Under the pieces are notes generated by a model. The model was given only the letters and a program-made list of their open reading frames with translations. It made no database searches and was not told the DNA's origin. Below are positions 15,701 to 36,930 of a stretch of 64,000 nt of DNA, in pieces (positions within the stretch are counted from its first letter, which is position 1; each line of letters opens with the position of its first letter). The position numbers and the translations under genes were made by a program. The DNA is from Macrostomum lignano (lineage: Eukaryota), in the NCBI GenBank assembly GCA_002269645.1, contig NIVC01002565.1, forward strand, positions 1-64,000, given 5' to 3'.

Positions 15701-16141
15701 CCTTTTAACTATTAGGTAGAATAGCTGCACTATTAGGACATTATAGGCTTAGGATCTAGCCTATAATAATAATTGATAGTTCAAGTCTACCTCATGGCTA
15801 ACAATTAATAATGGTTAATGATATAATAAATGTCTAATTGTAATTAATTGAAAGCTAATATAAGGTTACAGAACTTTTGTTCATTGTTATAAAATGTTTT
15901 AATATTGATATACACCCTTAATACTCTATATAAAGGTTTTTTGTTACTAAAAACATATCAATCATTATCTTGAATGGCAGTGAGGCATATTAATTGAGTT
16001 TTATTGTTAATTTTATACCAATTTAGTCAACAGTATTTTTTATTTCTAAATTAGTTTCTTGTTTTATATCAAAATCTATTTGTAATTAATTTCAGGAGTC
16101 TGCAGTTCCACATCTCTGGCAGTTTGGCATCAAACAGCATA

Positions 16142-24431
<8,290 letters not shown>

Positions 24432-25374
24432 GACCGCCTGTGCCGAAACAGCTCGTATTTAAAACAGTGAACGCTTCGCCTTGTGTTTACTTTTCATGCA
24501 TGCGCAGCCCCCCTGATTTACATCGTCCGTGCGAATTACTTTTTTACTAAAAAATGCGACTTACCTATGAAAGAGACCAAAGCAAAATTTACGTAAATTA
24601 GGGTAAACGACAGGAGTAACTATGATTGTATTATTTAGGCTAAATGCTTCGTCATCTAATTAGTGCTACGTATGTATTTTCTTGGCCATATGTACGTCTC
24701 GTGTCGGCCAGATGTTAAGCATGCATGTTACTTTTACTACTAATTACAGTAGACAGGCAAGAGTCAGAGCGCAGAAAAATTCGCAACTGGATTCTTGTTT
24801 GAGAAGGTGCACAATAAGAAGTTACCCAGCGTTTTTGATCTAAATCAAAAGTACACAATGTCCTGGCATTATTTAATAATTTTTAATAGAAACAATTGCA
24901 ATACCAATCCGCTTATTTTTTCCTAGCATTTTCGCGTACCCCTGATTGTAATATTTTAGCAATAATGAATTTATCTTGCGATTGTCAATCATTGCAATCT
25001 GTCTGCCTATCGCCGCGTCACAGCCTTGCTAAGCTTTTGAGCTGTTAGCTTGCGCGTTCATTCCATCATTTACTTTCGCTTTTTAGTTTGCTTGGAAAAG
25101 CGGCTATAAACTAAATTCTTTTATCCGCTACATGAAGCCTCATCTATCTCAATTATTCAGAACTGGCGCTAAAATTTATTGTTTCATTTTAGCTACTTGT
25201 CAGTAGTATGTCTATTGGAATCTCTCAAGTTTAGCAGTATGTCTATGATTCTTTTTTCTGATTTAATCAGACTGTTTATTGCTCGTCTGTCAGCTGCAGT
25301 GATGCGCCTCTTTGTGGTAAATGCTGAGTCTTGGATTCCAAGTCCTTTTTAGATATTCTCCTAGGTTGAAGATT

Positions 25375-25662
25375 CCCCACTAGACACTCCGCACCATGAG
25401 AAGTTTCCCCGCTAAATATTCCCCACTATGAGAATCCTGCTAGATGTTAACCCAAATAAAAAGATTCCCCGCTAGATATTCCCCACTATGAGAAGATTCC
25501 CCGCTAGATATTCCCCCAATGAGAAGATTCCCCGCTAGATATTCCCCACTATGAGAAGATTCCCCGCTAGATATTCCCCCAATGAGAAGATTCCCCGCTA
25601 GATATTCCCCAAATAGGAAGATTCCCTGCTAGATTCCCCACTATCTAGAAGTTTCCCCGCTA
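25375..25662. repeat. ~32-bp tandem repeat (AGATTCCCCGCTAGATATTCCCCACTATGAGA)
   Basis: Period of 32 seen at 25462/25494. Confidence 0.85.
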
Positions 25663-26056
25663 GATGCGTTAATCTCAATCCAGCCGGCTCAGTAGCGATC
25701 ACCAGCGGCGTCAGTTTAGTCTTGTACAGCTCGACTTGTACAAATTTGTACAGTTGGTTTCATCCCGTCAGCTTTTCTTGTACCATGCAGAAGTCCTTAT
25801 AATTGTAATTGCAGATTCCTTATGTCATATTTTGCTTTCTTATGCATTGCTTGCATTTCATTCTGCGCGTGTGTTTTTTGTTGTATTCTCTGCTTTTGCG
25901 AGCTTCGTCTGCTGTTTTGCTGCAACACTTTATTCAGATCTTAACCAAATCAATAGAAAGAGCTTCGTTGCAGTTGATTTTTATTTCCAGCAGTGCAATA
26001 CTCGTAGGTGTGCATACGGCTATTCAGTCTGGCAGTTGCTTTTATTGAATGATGTT

Positions 26057-26858
26057 ATTGGGCCAGCCTCCCAGATCCTCAGTTGCTGGGCCAGCCTCCC
26101 AGATCCTCAGCTGCTGGGCCAGCCTCCCAGATCTTCAGCTGCTGGGCCAGCCTCCCAGATCCTCAGTTGCTGGGCCAGCCTCCCAGATCCTCAGTTGCTG
26201 GGCCAGCCTCCCAGATCCTCAGTTGCTGGGCCAGCCTCCCAGATCCTCAGTTGCTGGGCCAGCCTCCCAGATCCTCAGTTGCTGGGTCAGCCTCCCAGAT
26301 CCTCAGTTGCTGGGCCAGCCTCCCAGATCCTCAGTTGCTGGGCCAGCCTCCCAGATCCTCTGTTGCTGGGCCAGCCTCCCAGATCCTCAGTTGCTCGGCC
26401 AGCCTCCCAGATCATCAGTTGCTGGGCCAGCCTCCCAGATCCTCAGTTGCTGGGCCAGCCTCCCAGATCCTCAGTTGCTGGGCCAGCCTCCCAGATCCTC
26501 AGTTGCTGGGTCAGCCTCCCAGATCCTCAGTTGCTGGGCCAGCCTCCCAGATCCTCAGTTGCTGGGCCAGCCTCCCAGATCCTCAGTTGCTGGGCCAGCC
26601 TCCCAGATCCTCAGTTGCTCGGCCAGCCTCCCAGATCATCAGTTGCTGGGCCAGCCTCCCAGATCCTCAGTTGCTGGGCCAGCCTCCCAGATCCTCAGTT
26701 GCTGGGCCAGCCTCCCAGATCCTCAGTTGCTGGGCCAGCCTCCCAGATCCTCAGTTGCTGGGCCAGCCTCCCAGATCCTCAGTTGCTGGGCCAGCCTCCC
26801 AGATCCTCAGTTGCTGGGCCAGCCTCCCAGATCTTCAGCTGCTGGGCCAGCCTCCCAC
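26057..26858. repeat. 28-bp minisatellite (GCTGGGCCAGCCTCCCAGATCCTCAGTT), ~29 copies
   Basis: Direct inspection; explains three overlapping repetitive ORFs. Confidence 0.97.
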
Positions 26859-27567
26859 ATCGCTTTTTACTCGACAAGGCGGTAACTTTCGATGCCCAGG
26901 AGCACACGAGTGACAGCTCGGATTTTGTGGATTCGCTGGAGCAGCTTTAGGAGTCTTTATAAAGAGCTGCGCCTGCAGAAAGCCTGCATTTAAATTTAGC
27001 GCTTTGCTAACCAAAGAAACGAAAGCAAAAATTGCATTCTGGCCTGCATTCAAGTCATGTGACCGCAGCAATGCGGGCCAATTCTAAGTGCATGCAATAC
27101 CAAGAATGTTATGTACATTTATAGACGAATTGCATTAAGCAAAAATGAGACAAAAAATGGAACTACACTTATACATGCGGAGGTGTGTCTGTGATGACTT
27201 TGATGGGTCCAAATCTCAATACTTTGCCTATATACTCGCAATTAAAGTACCCCTGGTACCTATATCGATTGAATCTCAGCGCCCTTAAACCTGAAATTCG
27301 AAAGTATGCGGGCGCTCTCTTATCAGAAATTTTCTAAATTTGGCTCCAATTCAGAAAAAAAGTTTATTGAGCAAGTTAGCGTACTTGTGCCTTGCACGCG
27401 GCACGTGCAGTCTGGCTTGAAGCCCTGCACGCCTGATGGAATTCAATCCAGTTTCAGAAGAGGGGATGATGGTCTCGCGGTCTGTCTGCGCAGTTTTGTC
27501 AGTCTTGTTATGATTGATATGTCAAAGCGTTGAGAATGGCATCTTGGCGATAAAGGACCCAGGGACC

Positions 27568-27655
27568 CTGTCTGTCCGTCTGTCTGCCTGCCGTCTGTCT
27601 GCCTGCCTGGCTGCCTGTCTGTCTGTCTGTCTGCCTGCCTGCCTGCCTGCCAGCC

Positions 27656-27712
<57 letters not shown>

Positions 27713-27743
27713 GCCTGTCTGCCTGCCTGCCTGCCTGCCAGCC

Positions 27744-27788
<45 letters not shown>

Positions 27789-27815
27789 GCCTTCCTGCCT
27801 GCCTTCCTGTCTGAC
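27568..27815. repeat. (TCTG)n/(GCCT)n microsatellite
   Basis: Direct inspection. Confidence 0.95.
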
Positions 27816-28482
27816 TATCTGACAGAAGCTTCGATCCTCGGGTTTGATAACCAAAGTACTGTACAGGCAGAACTTGAGCAAGAATCCGAGGCGCCGACCT
27901 CTAAACACTCTGTTTGCCACAATGCGGGTGTCGGTTGCATCACAATCCTGGTCAGTGTCATCACTCTCCACTCCGCCAGTCTATATTTGGCTGAATAAGT
28001 CCGATTTTAATCTGGACGCGGTTTAATCTTTTTTGGGCAGCCTCGCGCGCAACTTCTGCCGCATTCCGCAGCCTGCAGGCTTTTTTTAGCCCGGGGCCAA
28101 CCCCCAGAATGGCCGGAATTCCGCGTCCCGATATTTATTGTAAACCTGCCGGCAGTCTTTTTATCTGTATCCAACCGAATGAGTAATTCGGCTGCAGTAA
28201 GTCTTGCGACCAGTAAAAAAACTTGTACCAAAAAAGCCACGCGTGCACCTGCCCAAGTTGCCAAGGATGTTGCGCTGGTGCTACTCCAGCCAACACAGCC
28301 AATTACACGTGCCCATGCCCGCAGCCACGTGACAAAACAAACCAATTCACTGTGAATCCCGCGGGCAAGCCACGGCACCGAAGCGGATAAATACAAGCAG
28401 ACTTGGCCCGGCTCAGGAATCTGCAGTTCAATACTCGAAGTTGCAAACTCAGCTAACTAAAAGCTGCACTATAAGGAACAAA

Positions 28483-28980
28483 ATGCTACCCGCTAAGACA
28501 TCCGCATCAATTGTTGGAGTCTTCGCCCTGCTGCTGGCGCTGACTGAGGCTGCCGCGCTGCATCTGCCAACATCATCAACAATAATCGGCGACGAACCCG
28601 GCTCGCTTCCAGTCTACCTGCACAGGCCTCAGCGCCAGACCTACTGCCGGTTCCAGGCCCAGCTCGCTCAGCTGCTCTTTGCCGACAGCCTGGTGCACCC
28701 GCACGGGCCCGGCAGCGGCCATAACGCCGGCCGCTTCATCAGCCTCTGCCAGCCGGAGGCCGACCCCGAACTGGCCCTGAATGCCAGCGACTTGCCGCTG
28801 CCGCTGCCTGCCCCCGGCATCGGCAAGTGCATCTCAACTGTCGCGTCCGCGTCGGTAAAGTGCAAAACCAGAGACGAGCTGGTGGTGGTCACCAGGCTGG
28901 TCAACAGCACCGGCCAGTACAGGTCCGCGCTGGAGTGGCGGACAACCACCTGTTACGCCAAGTGGTCAGGTGCACGCTGA
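28483..28980 (+). CDS. Orphan predicted secreted protein, 165 aa, single exon
   Basis: ATG in aaaATG context; hydrophobic signal peptide MLPAKTSASIVGVFALLLALTEAAA; GC-rich codon usage like neighbouring exons; TATA-like GATAAATA at ~28387; AATAAA at ~29171; five Cys in the mature part. No family recognised. Confidence 0.7.
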   Translation: MLPAKTSASIVGVFALLLALTEAAALHLPTSSTIIGDEPGSLPVYLHRPQRQTYCRFQAQLAQLLFADSLVHPHGPGSGHNAGRFISLCQPEADPELALNASDLPLPLPAPGIGKCISTVASASVKCKTRDELVVVTRLVNSTGQYRSALEWRTTTCYAKWSGAR

Positions 28981-29469
28981 ACTTATAAGTAGTATGACGC
29001 GAATCATCGATATGGTTTATCGAATATGTTATTCTTGTGTTGTGTGTTATGTACTTTTATGTCTTATATTATTTGTGCCAAGCACAAACCGCTTTTTTCG
29101 ATAACTAAACTTCAATATCTGATTATCTGAATTGAGTTTATTTTATTGAAATTGTACAGGATTTATTATCAATAAATATATGAGATTATACTGCCCTAAT
29201 CTATGCTAACTGGCGGCTTACCGAGAGTCAGAACATCGAGAAGTTCAGTGGTTAGCGAGTCCGGCTCTCGGGCCAAAATACCCGCGTGCAGCTGAATCAA
29301 TTCAATATTAACCCCCCCCCTTACGGAGGCTTGTGCGATTCTCGACCCATGAGGGCCGCTTCCCAACGCACAGGCATAACTGCTTGCCTCATCACTGGCT
29401 GCTGGTCGCCCCTCAGGGAAATTCACTACACGTGTAACTGCTGCAGCTAAGAAACAACACTCTCTTGCT

Positions 29470-29820
29470 GCACCCATCCCTGCATCCATCCCTGCATCCA
29501 TCCCTGCACTCATCCCTGCATCCATCCCTGCACTCATCCCTGCATCCATCCCTGCACCCATCCCTGCACCCATCCCTGCACCCATCCCTGCACTCATCCC
29601 TGCACTCATCCCTGCACCCATCCCTGCACTCATCCCTGCACTCATCCCTGCACTCATCCCTGCACCCATCCCTGCACTCATCCCTGCACTCATCCCTGCA
29701 CCCATCCCTGCACTCATCCCTGCATCCATCCCTGCACCCATCCCTGAACCCATCCCTGCACTCATCCCTGCACTCATCCCTGCACTCATCCCTGCACTCA
29801 TCCCTGCACTCATCCCTCCC
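29470..29820. repeat. 12-bp minisatellite (C/TCATCCCTGCAC), ~29 copies
   Basis: Same unit as the VKR intron 6 array. Confidence 0.95.
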
Positions 29821-30603
29821 TGCCATTATATTCCAATAAGAGTAAAATGAGCTCAAACGCGTCAAGTCTAGCCGGAAATGCAATATTAAAAGCATTGATA
29901 GTAGTAAAGTGAGTTACAATTCACAAGTTTCACTGCATTAATTATAAAGTAGTTATATTAAAATGAACTCAATCCAGATAACACTCAATAAAAATTCAAT
30001 TTCCAATAAACTAATAGACAGATAAATTTATAACCACAATCGCACAAGTTGTAAGGCAAGAACAATTCTCGCATATTGTAAAAATGGCATAATTAGCTAA
30101 CCTTCTAACAAAGCAAATGTGCAAAAGTGTGTCTGGCAGTCACAGTTTGTGTGACTGTTTCAAATTTCTAGACTTTAACCAGTAATAATGAAGTCAGGAG
30201 AGCAATTTCAACGGTAAGGCACAGAACGCAACGAACCTGTGAGTCGAGCTAAACTTCTCATAAATAAGACAAATTTGTATAAAAATTCATCAACAGAATC
30301 CTGTTCCAGATTTGTTTATAAAGTATTCTAAATGTAACTTTGCAGTAAAATGTAAACTCGCAGACTCATTAAACACAAGCACAGACAAATTGACATCGGC
30401 TTTTGTTTAACTTCTACAGACTTGAAATCTACAAAAGCAAATCCGCCGAAACAACTTCGTTTTACGCTTGTACTGTGAAAAATTTGAATTGGCACTAATA
30501 GGAAACGCCGGCACTACAAGAGTTAAGCTGAGTGGGCTGCGGTTAGCATGAGGCTGAATAAGATGTTAGGTCACCAATGAGCTTCAGGCCATCTCATCAG
30601 GCT

Positions 30604-31233
30604 CATCACCTTAGTCTAGATCTCACAGCCAACAGACTCAACCCCACTGACTCTCATCACCTTGAGTCTAGATCTCACAGCCAACAGACTCAGCCTCACT
30701 GACTCTCATCACCTTGAGTCTAGATCTCACAGCCAACAGACTCAGCCTCACTGACTCTCATCACCTTGAGTCTAGATCTCACAGCCAACAGACTCAGCCT
30801 CACTGACTCTCATCACCTTGAGTCTAGATCTCACAGCCAACAGACTCAGCCTCACTGACTCTCATCACCTTGAGTCTAGATCTCACAGCCAACAGACTAA
30901 GCCTCATTGACTCTCATCACCTTGAGTCTAGATCTCACAGCCAACAGACTCAGCCTCACTGACTCTCATCACCTTGAGTCTAGATCTCACAGCCAACAGA
31001 CTAAGCCTCATTGACTCTCATCACCTTGAGTCTAGATCTCACAGCCAACAGACTAAGCCTCACTGACTCTCATCACCTTGAGTCTAGATCTCACAGCCAA
31101 CAGACTCAGCCTCACTGACTCTCATTACCTTGAGTCTAGATCTCACAGCCAACAGACTCAACCTCACTGGCTCTCATCACCTTGAGTCTAGATCTCACAG
31201 CCAACAGACTCAACCTCACTGACTCTCATCACC
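30604..31233. repeat. 52-bp homogeneous minisatellite, ~12 copies
   Basis: Unit CATCACCTTGAGTCTAGATCTCACAGCCAACAGACTCAGCCTCACTGACTCT; period 52 (30661/30713); no spacers. Confidence 0.95.
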
Positions 31234-31376
31234 ATGATTTATAATTGATGCTAACAGCCAGTTTCCTTGACTAATATGCTTTACGATTTCGATATTTAAC
31301 TTTCTTTCTAAACAAATTTGGCGATTCGAATTGGCGCCAAAAATCAGCAATCGAATAGTCTCCCAGACTTGGATTA

Positions 31377-34300
31377 TCAAAGCCGGTGCTCGAACTCCCA
31401 CACCTGGTGCGGATTAGTTGCCGAGCAGTCGCTCAGCTTGGCCGCTTCGCCATTTTTCACACCCTCTGCGCTGAGACAGCGGCCGCTGGCGCTGTGCCGT
31501 ATGGTTTTAGCCTGCGGGTCCAGCTGCCACCTCTGGCCGGCCCCAGCCTCCGGGTCTGTCACCCGAGTCGTGCAGGTGATGAAGCTCACCCGATCGGAGC
31601 CCGGCCCGGCCTGCAGGCAGCCCCACTCGCGCCGGATCTCCTGCTTGCGGCTGTAGGAGAAAATCTGCCTGCCGAGGCGCCGCCCTGGCAGGAGTACAGG
31701 CCCGCGGCCGTGGGGTTCCGGTCGAATTCGTTATAGTTCAACAGGTCCACGCACATGTTCGTGATTGGGTTGCGCAGCATGCCGTAGGCGGTTACGTCGC
31801 GAGTCGAGTCCGGTATGAACTTCTCCGGTATGACATTTTCGAGGTACCAGGAGAACGGCTTGCAGTTCAGCCGCTTGCGCAGCGCCACCCGGCTGGACAC
31901 GTCGCCTCGGTCGGCTGTCCGGGACACGAGGTCGTGCCTGCGGACAGTGCGGCGGGTCAGGGATGGTGGGTCAGGGATGGTGGGTCAGGGATGGTGGGTC
32001 AGGGATGGTGGGTCAGGGATGGTGGGTCAGGGATGGTGGGTCAGGGATGGTGGGTCAGGGATGGTGGGTCAGGGATGGTGGGTCAGGGATGGTGGGTCAG
32101 ATACTGAGTCAAAGATAGTGGGTCAGGGATGGTGGGTCAAAGATAGTGGGTCAGGGATGGTGGGTCAAAGATAATGGGTTAGGGATGGTGGGTCAAAGAT
32201 AATGGGTTAGGGATGGTGGGTCAAAGATAATGGGTCAGGGATACTGAGTCTAAGATAGTGGGTTAGGGATACTGAGTCAAAGATAGTGGGTTAGGGATAC
32301 TAGGTCAAAGATAGTGGGTTAGGGATGGTGGGTCAGGGATGGTGGGTCAGGGATGGTGGGTCAGGGATGGTGGGTCAGGGATGGTGGGTCAGGGATGGTG
32401 GGTCAGGGATGGTGGGTCAGGGATGGTGGGTCAGGGATGGTGGGTCAGGGATGGTAGGTCAGTGAAAATGTGTTAGGGATGGTAGGTCAGTGAAAATGTG
32501 TTAAGGATGGTGGGTCAAAGATAATGGATTAAGGATAGTGGGTCAAAGATAATGGGTTATGGATGGTGGGTCAAAGATGGTGGGTTAATGGTGAGTGGAA
32601 CAGCAATTAGAGAATCAGCTAGAGGTTAGATGTTGATAGATAAAAACCTGTGGGTCAGTCTCAAACATTAATGGGTCCAAAATCAATTAGTTAGATTCAG
32701 CGATCTATTAAATAAAAAGATCACGGAGCCAAAATACCAGAGTCAAGGATATAAAATGAATTAGCTCACCTATGCATGTAAAACAACCGCTTGTACTCGT
32801 CCATCCAAACGTCCACAAGGCGCATGGTGTTCAATCCGTGATAGTCCTTGTGCCCAGGAAACGAATACGGATGCGAGGCCCGGAAAATGTGGCCCACGCG
32901 CGAACAGGGATGAACTCGAGGGTGCCGCCGCACATCCACACCCGGAACGAGATCTCCAGATTCTCGCCGCCCCAGATGCCCATGCCTTCATCGTAGGCGC
33001 CAACTTCGAAGAAGTATTTCCGATCGACTGCGAACAGGCCGCCAGCCATGGTGGCGCTGCGGATCGGATCAGTGTGCTTCTGGCGCCTGCGCAGCTCGTG
33101 CTCCGGGATCTGCGGGGGCGGGGCAGACAGGCTAGCTGACAGACTGACTAGCTGATACAGACTAGCTGACAAACAGACTAGCTGACAAACAGACTAGCTG
33201 ACAGACTAGCTGACAAACAGACTAGCTGACAGACTAGCTGACAAACAGACTAGCTGACAAACAGGCTAGCTGACAGACTGACTAGCTGATACAGACTAGC
33301 TGACAAACAGACTAGCTGACAAACAGACTAGCTGACAGACTAGCTGACAAACAGACTAGCTGACAGACTAGCTGACAAACAGACTAGCTGACAAACAGAC
33401 TAGCTGACAGACTAGCTGACAAACAGACTAGCTGACAGACTAGCTGACAAACAGACTAGCTGAAAAACAGACTAGCTGACAGACTGACTAGCTGACAAAC
33501 AGACTAGCTGACAAACAGACTAGCTGACAAACAGACTAGCTGACAGACTGACTAGCTGACAAACAGACTAGCTGACAGACTGACTAGCTGACAAACAGAC
33601 TAGCTGACAAACAGACTAGCTGACAGACTGACTAGCTGACAAACAGACTAGCTGACAAACAGACTAGCTGACAAACAAACTAGCTGACAAACAGACTAGC
33701 TGACAAACAGACTAGCTGACAAACAGACTAGCTGACAAACAAATTAGCTGACAAACAAATTAGCTGACACAGACTAGCTGACACGGACTAGCTGACAAAC
33801 AGACTAGCTGACAAACAGACTAGCTGACAAACAAACTAGCTGACAAACAGACTAGCTGACAAACAGACTAGCTGACAAACAAATTAGCTGACAAACAAAT
33901 TAGCTGACACAGACTAGCTGACACGGACTAGCTGACAGACTAGCTGACAGACAGACTAGCTGACAGATTAGCTGAAGATTAGCTGATAGACTAGCTGACA
34001 CAGACTAGCTGACAGACAGATTAGCTGACAGACAGACTAGCTGACTAACAGACTAGCTGACAGACAGACTAGCTGACAGACAGATTAGCTGACAAACAGA
34101 CTAGCTGACAGACAGACTAGCTGACAGACAGACTAGCTGACAACAAACAGACTAGCTGACAGACAATATCGGTACAATGACATCACTTGTTCACTCTTCG
34201 CTTGCACTCCTATGAAAATAAGTTAATTTACATGTAGTACAGTTCTAGATTTAATATATATTTATTCAGTTTAGAACTTATCTCAAAATATTCAGTCCCC

Positions 34301-35817
34301 GGCAAGGAAGGCCTAGCTTGAATTTTACGACTGCTAACTTAACATTTTTTAGTTCAAAGCAAGCCGACAGGCGCCATGCCCGCTAGCGCGTTCCGTTATC
34401 GCATGTGATAATATTTGTTGTTAGCAACAAATTTAATATACAGAACGTTGCCACAATATTTATCAAATGCAGTGAAATATCATAGCTATAATATTTTTAT
34501 AGAAAATTTTCAAATGACTACTGTAAAGAGTAGAATAGATAGCGGGTTTGCCTACGATTTTTATGGGGAACGTCCAATTTTTCATAACAGAAAAAAATCA
34601 AGGCGACAGTCGACCCACAGCCAGCGATGAGCCAGGCAGTCATACAGAGCACTCTGCGTTCCGGTGATCCCTGAGCACGCATTTCATAAACCCAAATCTT
34701 CACAACCCCTAATTTTCACAAACCCTAATCTTCCAAACCCTAATCTTCATAAACCCTAATCTCCACAAACACTAATCTCCACAAACACTAATCTTCACAA
34801 ACATAATCTTCACAAACATAATCTTCACAAACCATAATCTTCACAAACCATAATCTTCACAAACATAATCTTCACAAACCCTAATCTTCACAAACATAAT
34901 CTTCACAAACCATAATCTTCACAAACCATAATCTTCACAAACTCTAATTCTCACAAACCCTAATCTTCACAAACCCTAATCTTCACAAACATAATCTTCA
35001 CAAACCATAATCTTCACAAACCATAATCTTCACAAACATAATCTTCACAAACATAATCTTCACAAACCCTAATCTTCACAAACCCTAATCTTCACAAACA
35101 TAATCTTCACAAACCATAATCTTCACAAACCCTAATCCTCACAAACCCTAATCTTCACAAACCCTAAACTTCATCAACCTTAATCTTCACAAACCATAAT
35201 CCTCACAAACCCTAATCTTCACAAACCCTAATCTTCACAAACCCTAAACTTCATCACCCTAAACTTCCCAAAGCCTTAACCCTTAGCCGGAATCCCCTTA
35301 CCATATCCCAGGTGAAGTGGCCGGACCACCAGAATGAGCCAACAGAATAGGACGAGCCGCCGCCATTATAGGACAAAGAGTCAGCCGACACGCTCTCAAT
35401 GATGGGCAGAGCACCGCGCTGCGCGACTCCTTAATTCGGGCTAGCAGAGGCTCCGCCCAGCCTTTGGTGGCCTCGCAGTGGCTGTCAAGGAAGGCCACAA
35501 CGTCGCCTGTAGCGGCTTTGGCGCCCTCCAGCCTGGCGCGGATCAGGCCGAGGCGCTCCCGGCGCTGCGGACCACTCTGACTACGCCGTCTGCTGGAAAG
35601 TGCGCGCCAGATAATTGTCCAGATTGCGCAGCAGGTGTTCCTTGGTGCTGAAGTCGTCTAGCAGAACCACCTGAGGGCGAATTTAATTTAGAGGCCAATG
35701 GCTTTACAATAGCGTCTTCATAATTTTGTAGGCTTCAGGCGCTAAATAGCACTCTCACTTTCTCTCAGGTGCAAATTGGCTATATAAATGGCTAAATTGG
35801 CAAATGACAGACAGACC

Positions 35818-35884
<67 letters not shown>

Positions 35885-36184
35885 AAGACAGAAAGACAGA
35901 CAGACAGACATACGGACAGACACAGACAGAGACAGGCAGACAGACACAGACAGAGACAGACATACGGACAGACACAGACAGGCAGACAGACAGACAGACA
36001 GACATACGGACAGACACAGACAGAGACAGGCAGACAGACACAGACAGAGACAGGCAGACAGACAGACAGAGACAGGCAGACAGACAGACATACGGACAGA
36101 CCAGACAGAGACAGGCAGACAGACACAGACAGAGACAGGCAGACAGACACAGACAGAGACAGACAGACAGGCACAGACACAGAC

Positions 36185-36235
<51 letters not shown>

Positions 36236-36758
36236 CAGATAGAGACAGGCAGACAGACAGACAGAGACAGGCAGACAGACAGACATACGGACAGACACAG
36301 ACAGAGACAGACATACGGACAGACACAGACAGGCAGACAGACAGACAGACAGACAGACATACGGACAGACACAGACAGAGACAGGCAGACAGACACAGAC
36401 AGAGACAGGCAGACAGACACAGACAGAGACAGACAGACAGGCAGACAGAACACAGACAGAGACAGACAGACAGACAGACGACAGACAGACCAGACGACAG
36501 ACACAGATAGAGACAGGCAGACAGACAGACAGAGACAGGCAGACAGACAGACATACGGACAGACACAGACAGAGACAGGCAGACAGACACAGACAAGAGA
36601 CAGACACGCATGACGGACAGACAGACAGGCAGACAGACAGACAGACAGACATACGGACAGACACAGACAGAGACAGGCAGACAGACACAGACAGAGACAG
36701 GCAGACAGACAGACAGAGACAGACAGAGACAGACAGAGACAGGCAGACAGACACAGAC

Positions 36759-36813
<55 letters not shown>

Positions 36814-36895
36814 CAGATAGAGACAGCAGACAGACAGACAGACAGACAGACAGACACAGATAGAGACAGGCAGACAGACAGGCAGACAGACAGGC

Positions 36896-36930
<35 letters not shown>

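Noticed and set aside
25736-26950. 404/278/276-aa ORFs
   Set aside because: All three frames are open only because of the 28-bp tandem repeat.
27522-27971. Minus-strand 149-aa ORF
   Set aside because: GTG start, half microsatellite, no recognisable domain or convincing splice pattern.
30604-31233. CRISPR-like appearance of the 52-bp, 31-bp (51.2 kb) and 40-bp (61.2 kb) repeats
   Set aside because: Head-to-tail units with no unique spacers, no cas genes, eukaryotic context.
34688-35282. True interstitial telomere
   Set aside because: TTAGGG is embedded in a 16-bp unit and is never tandem (TTAGGG)n.
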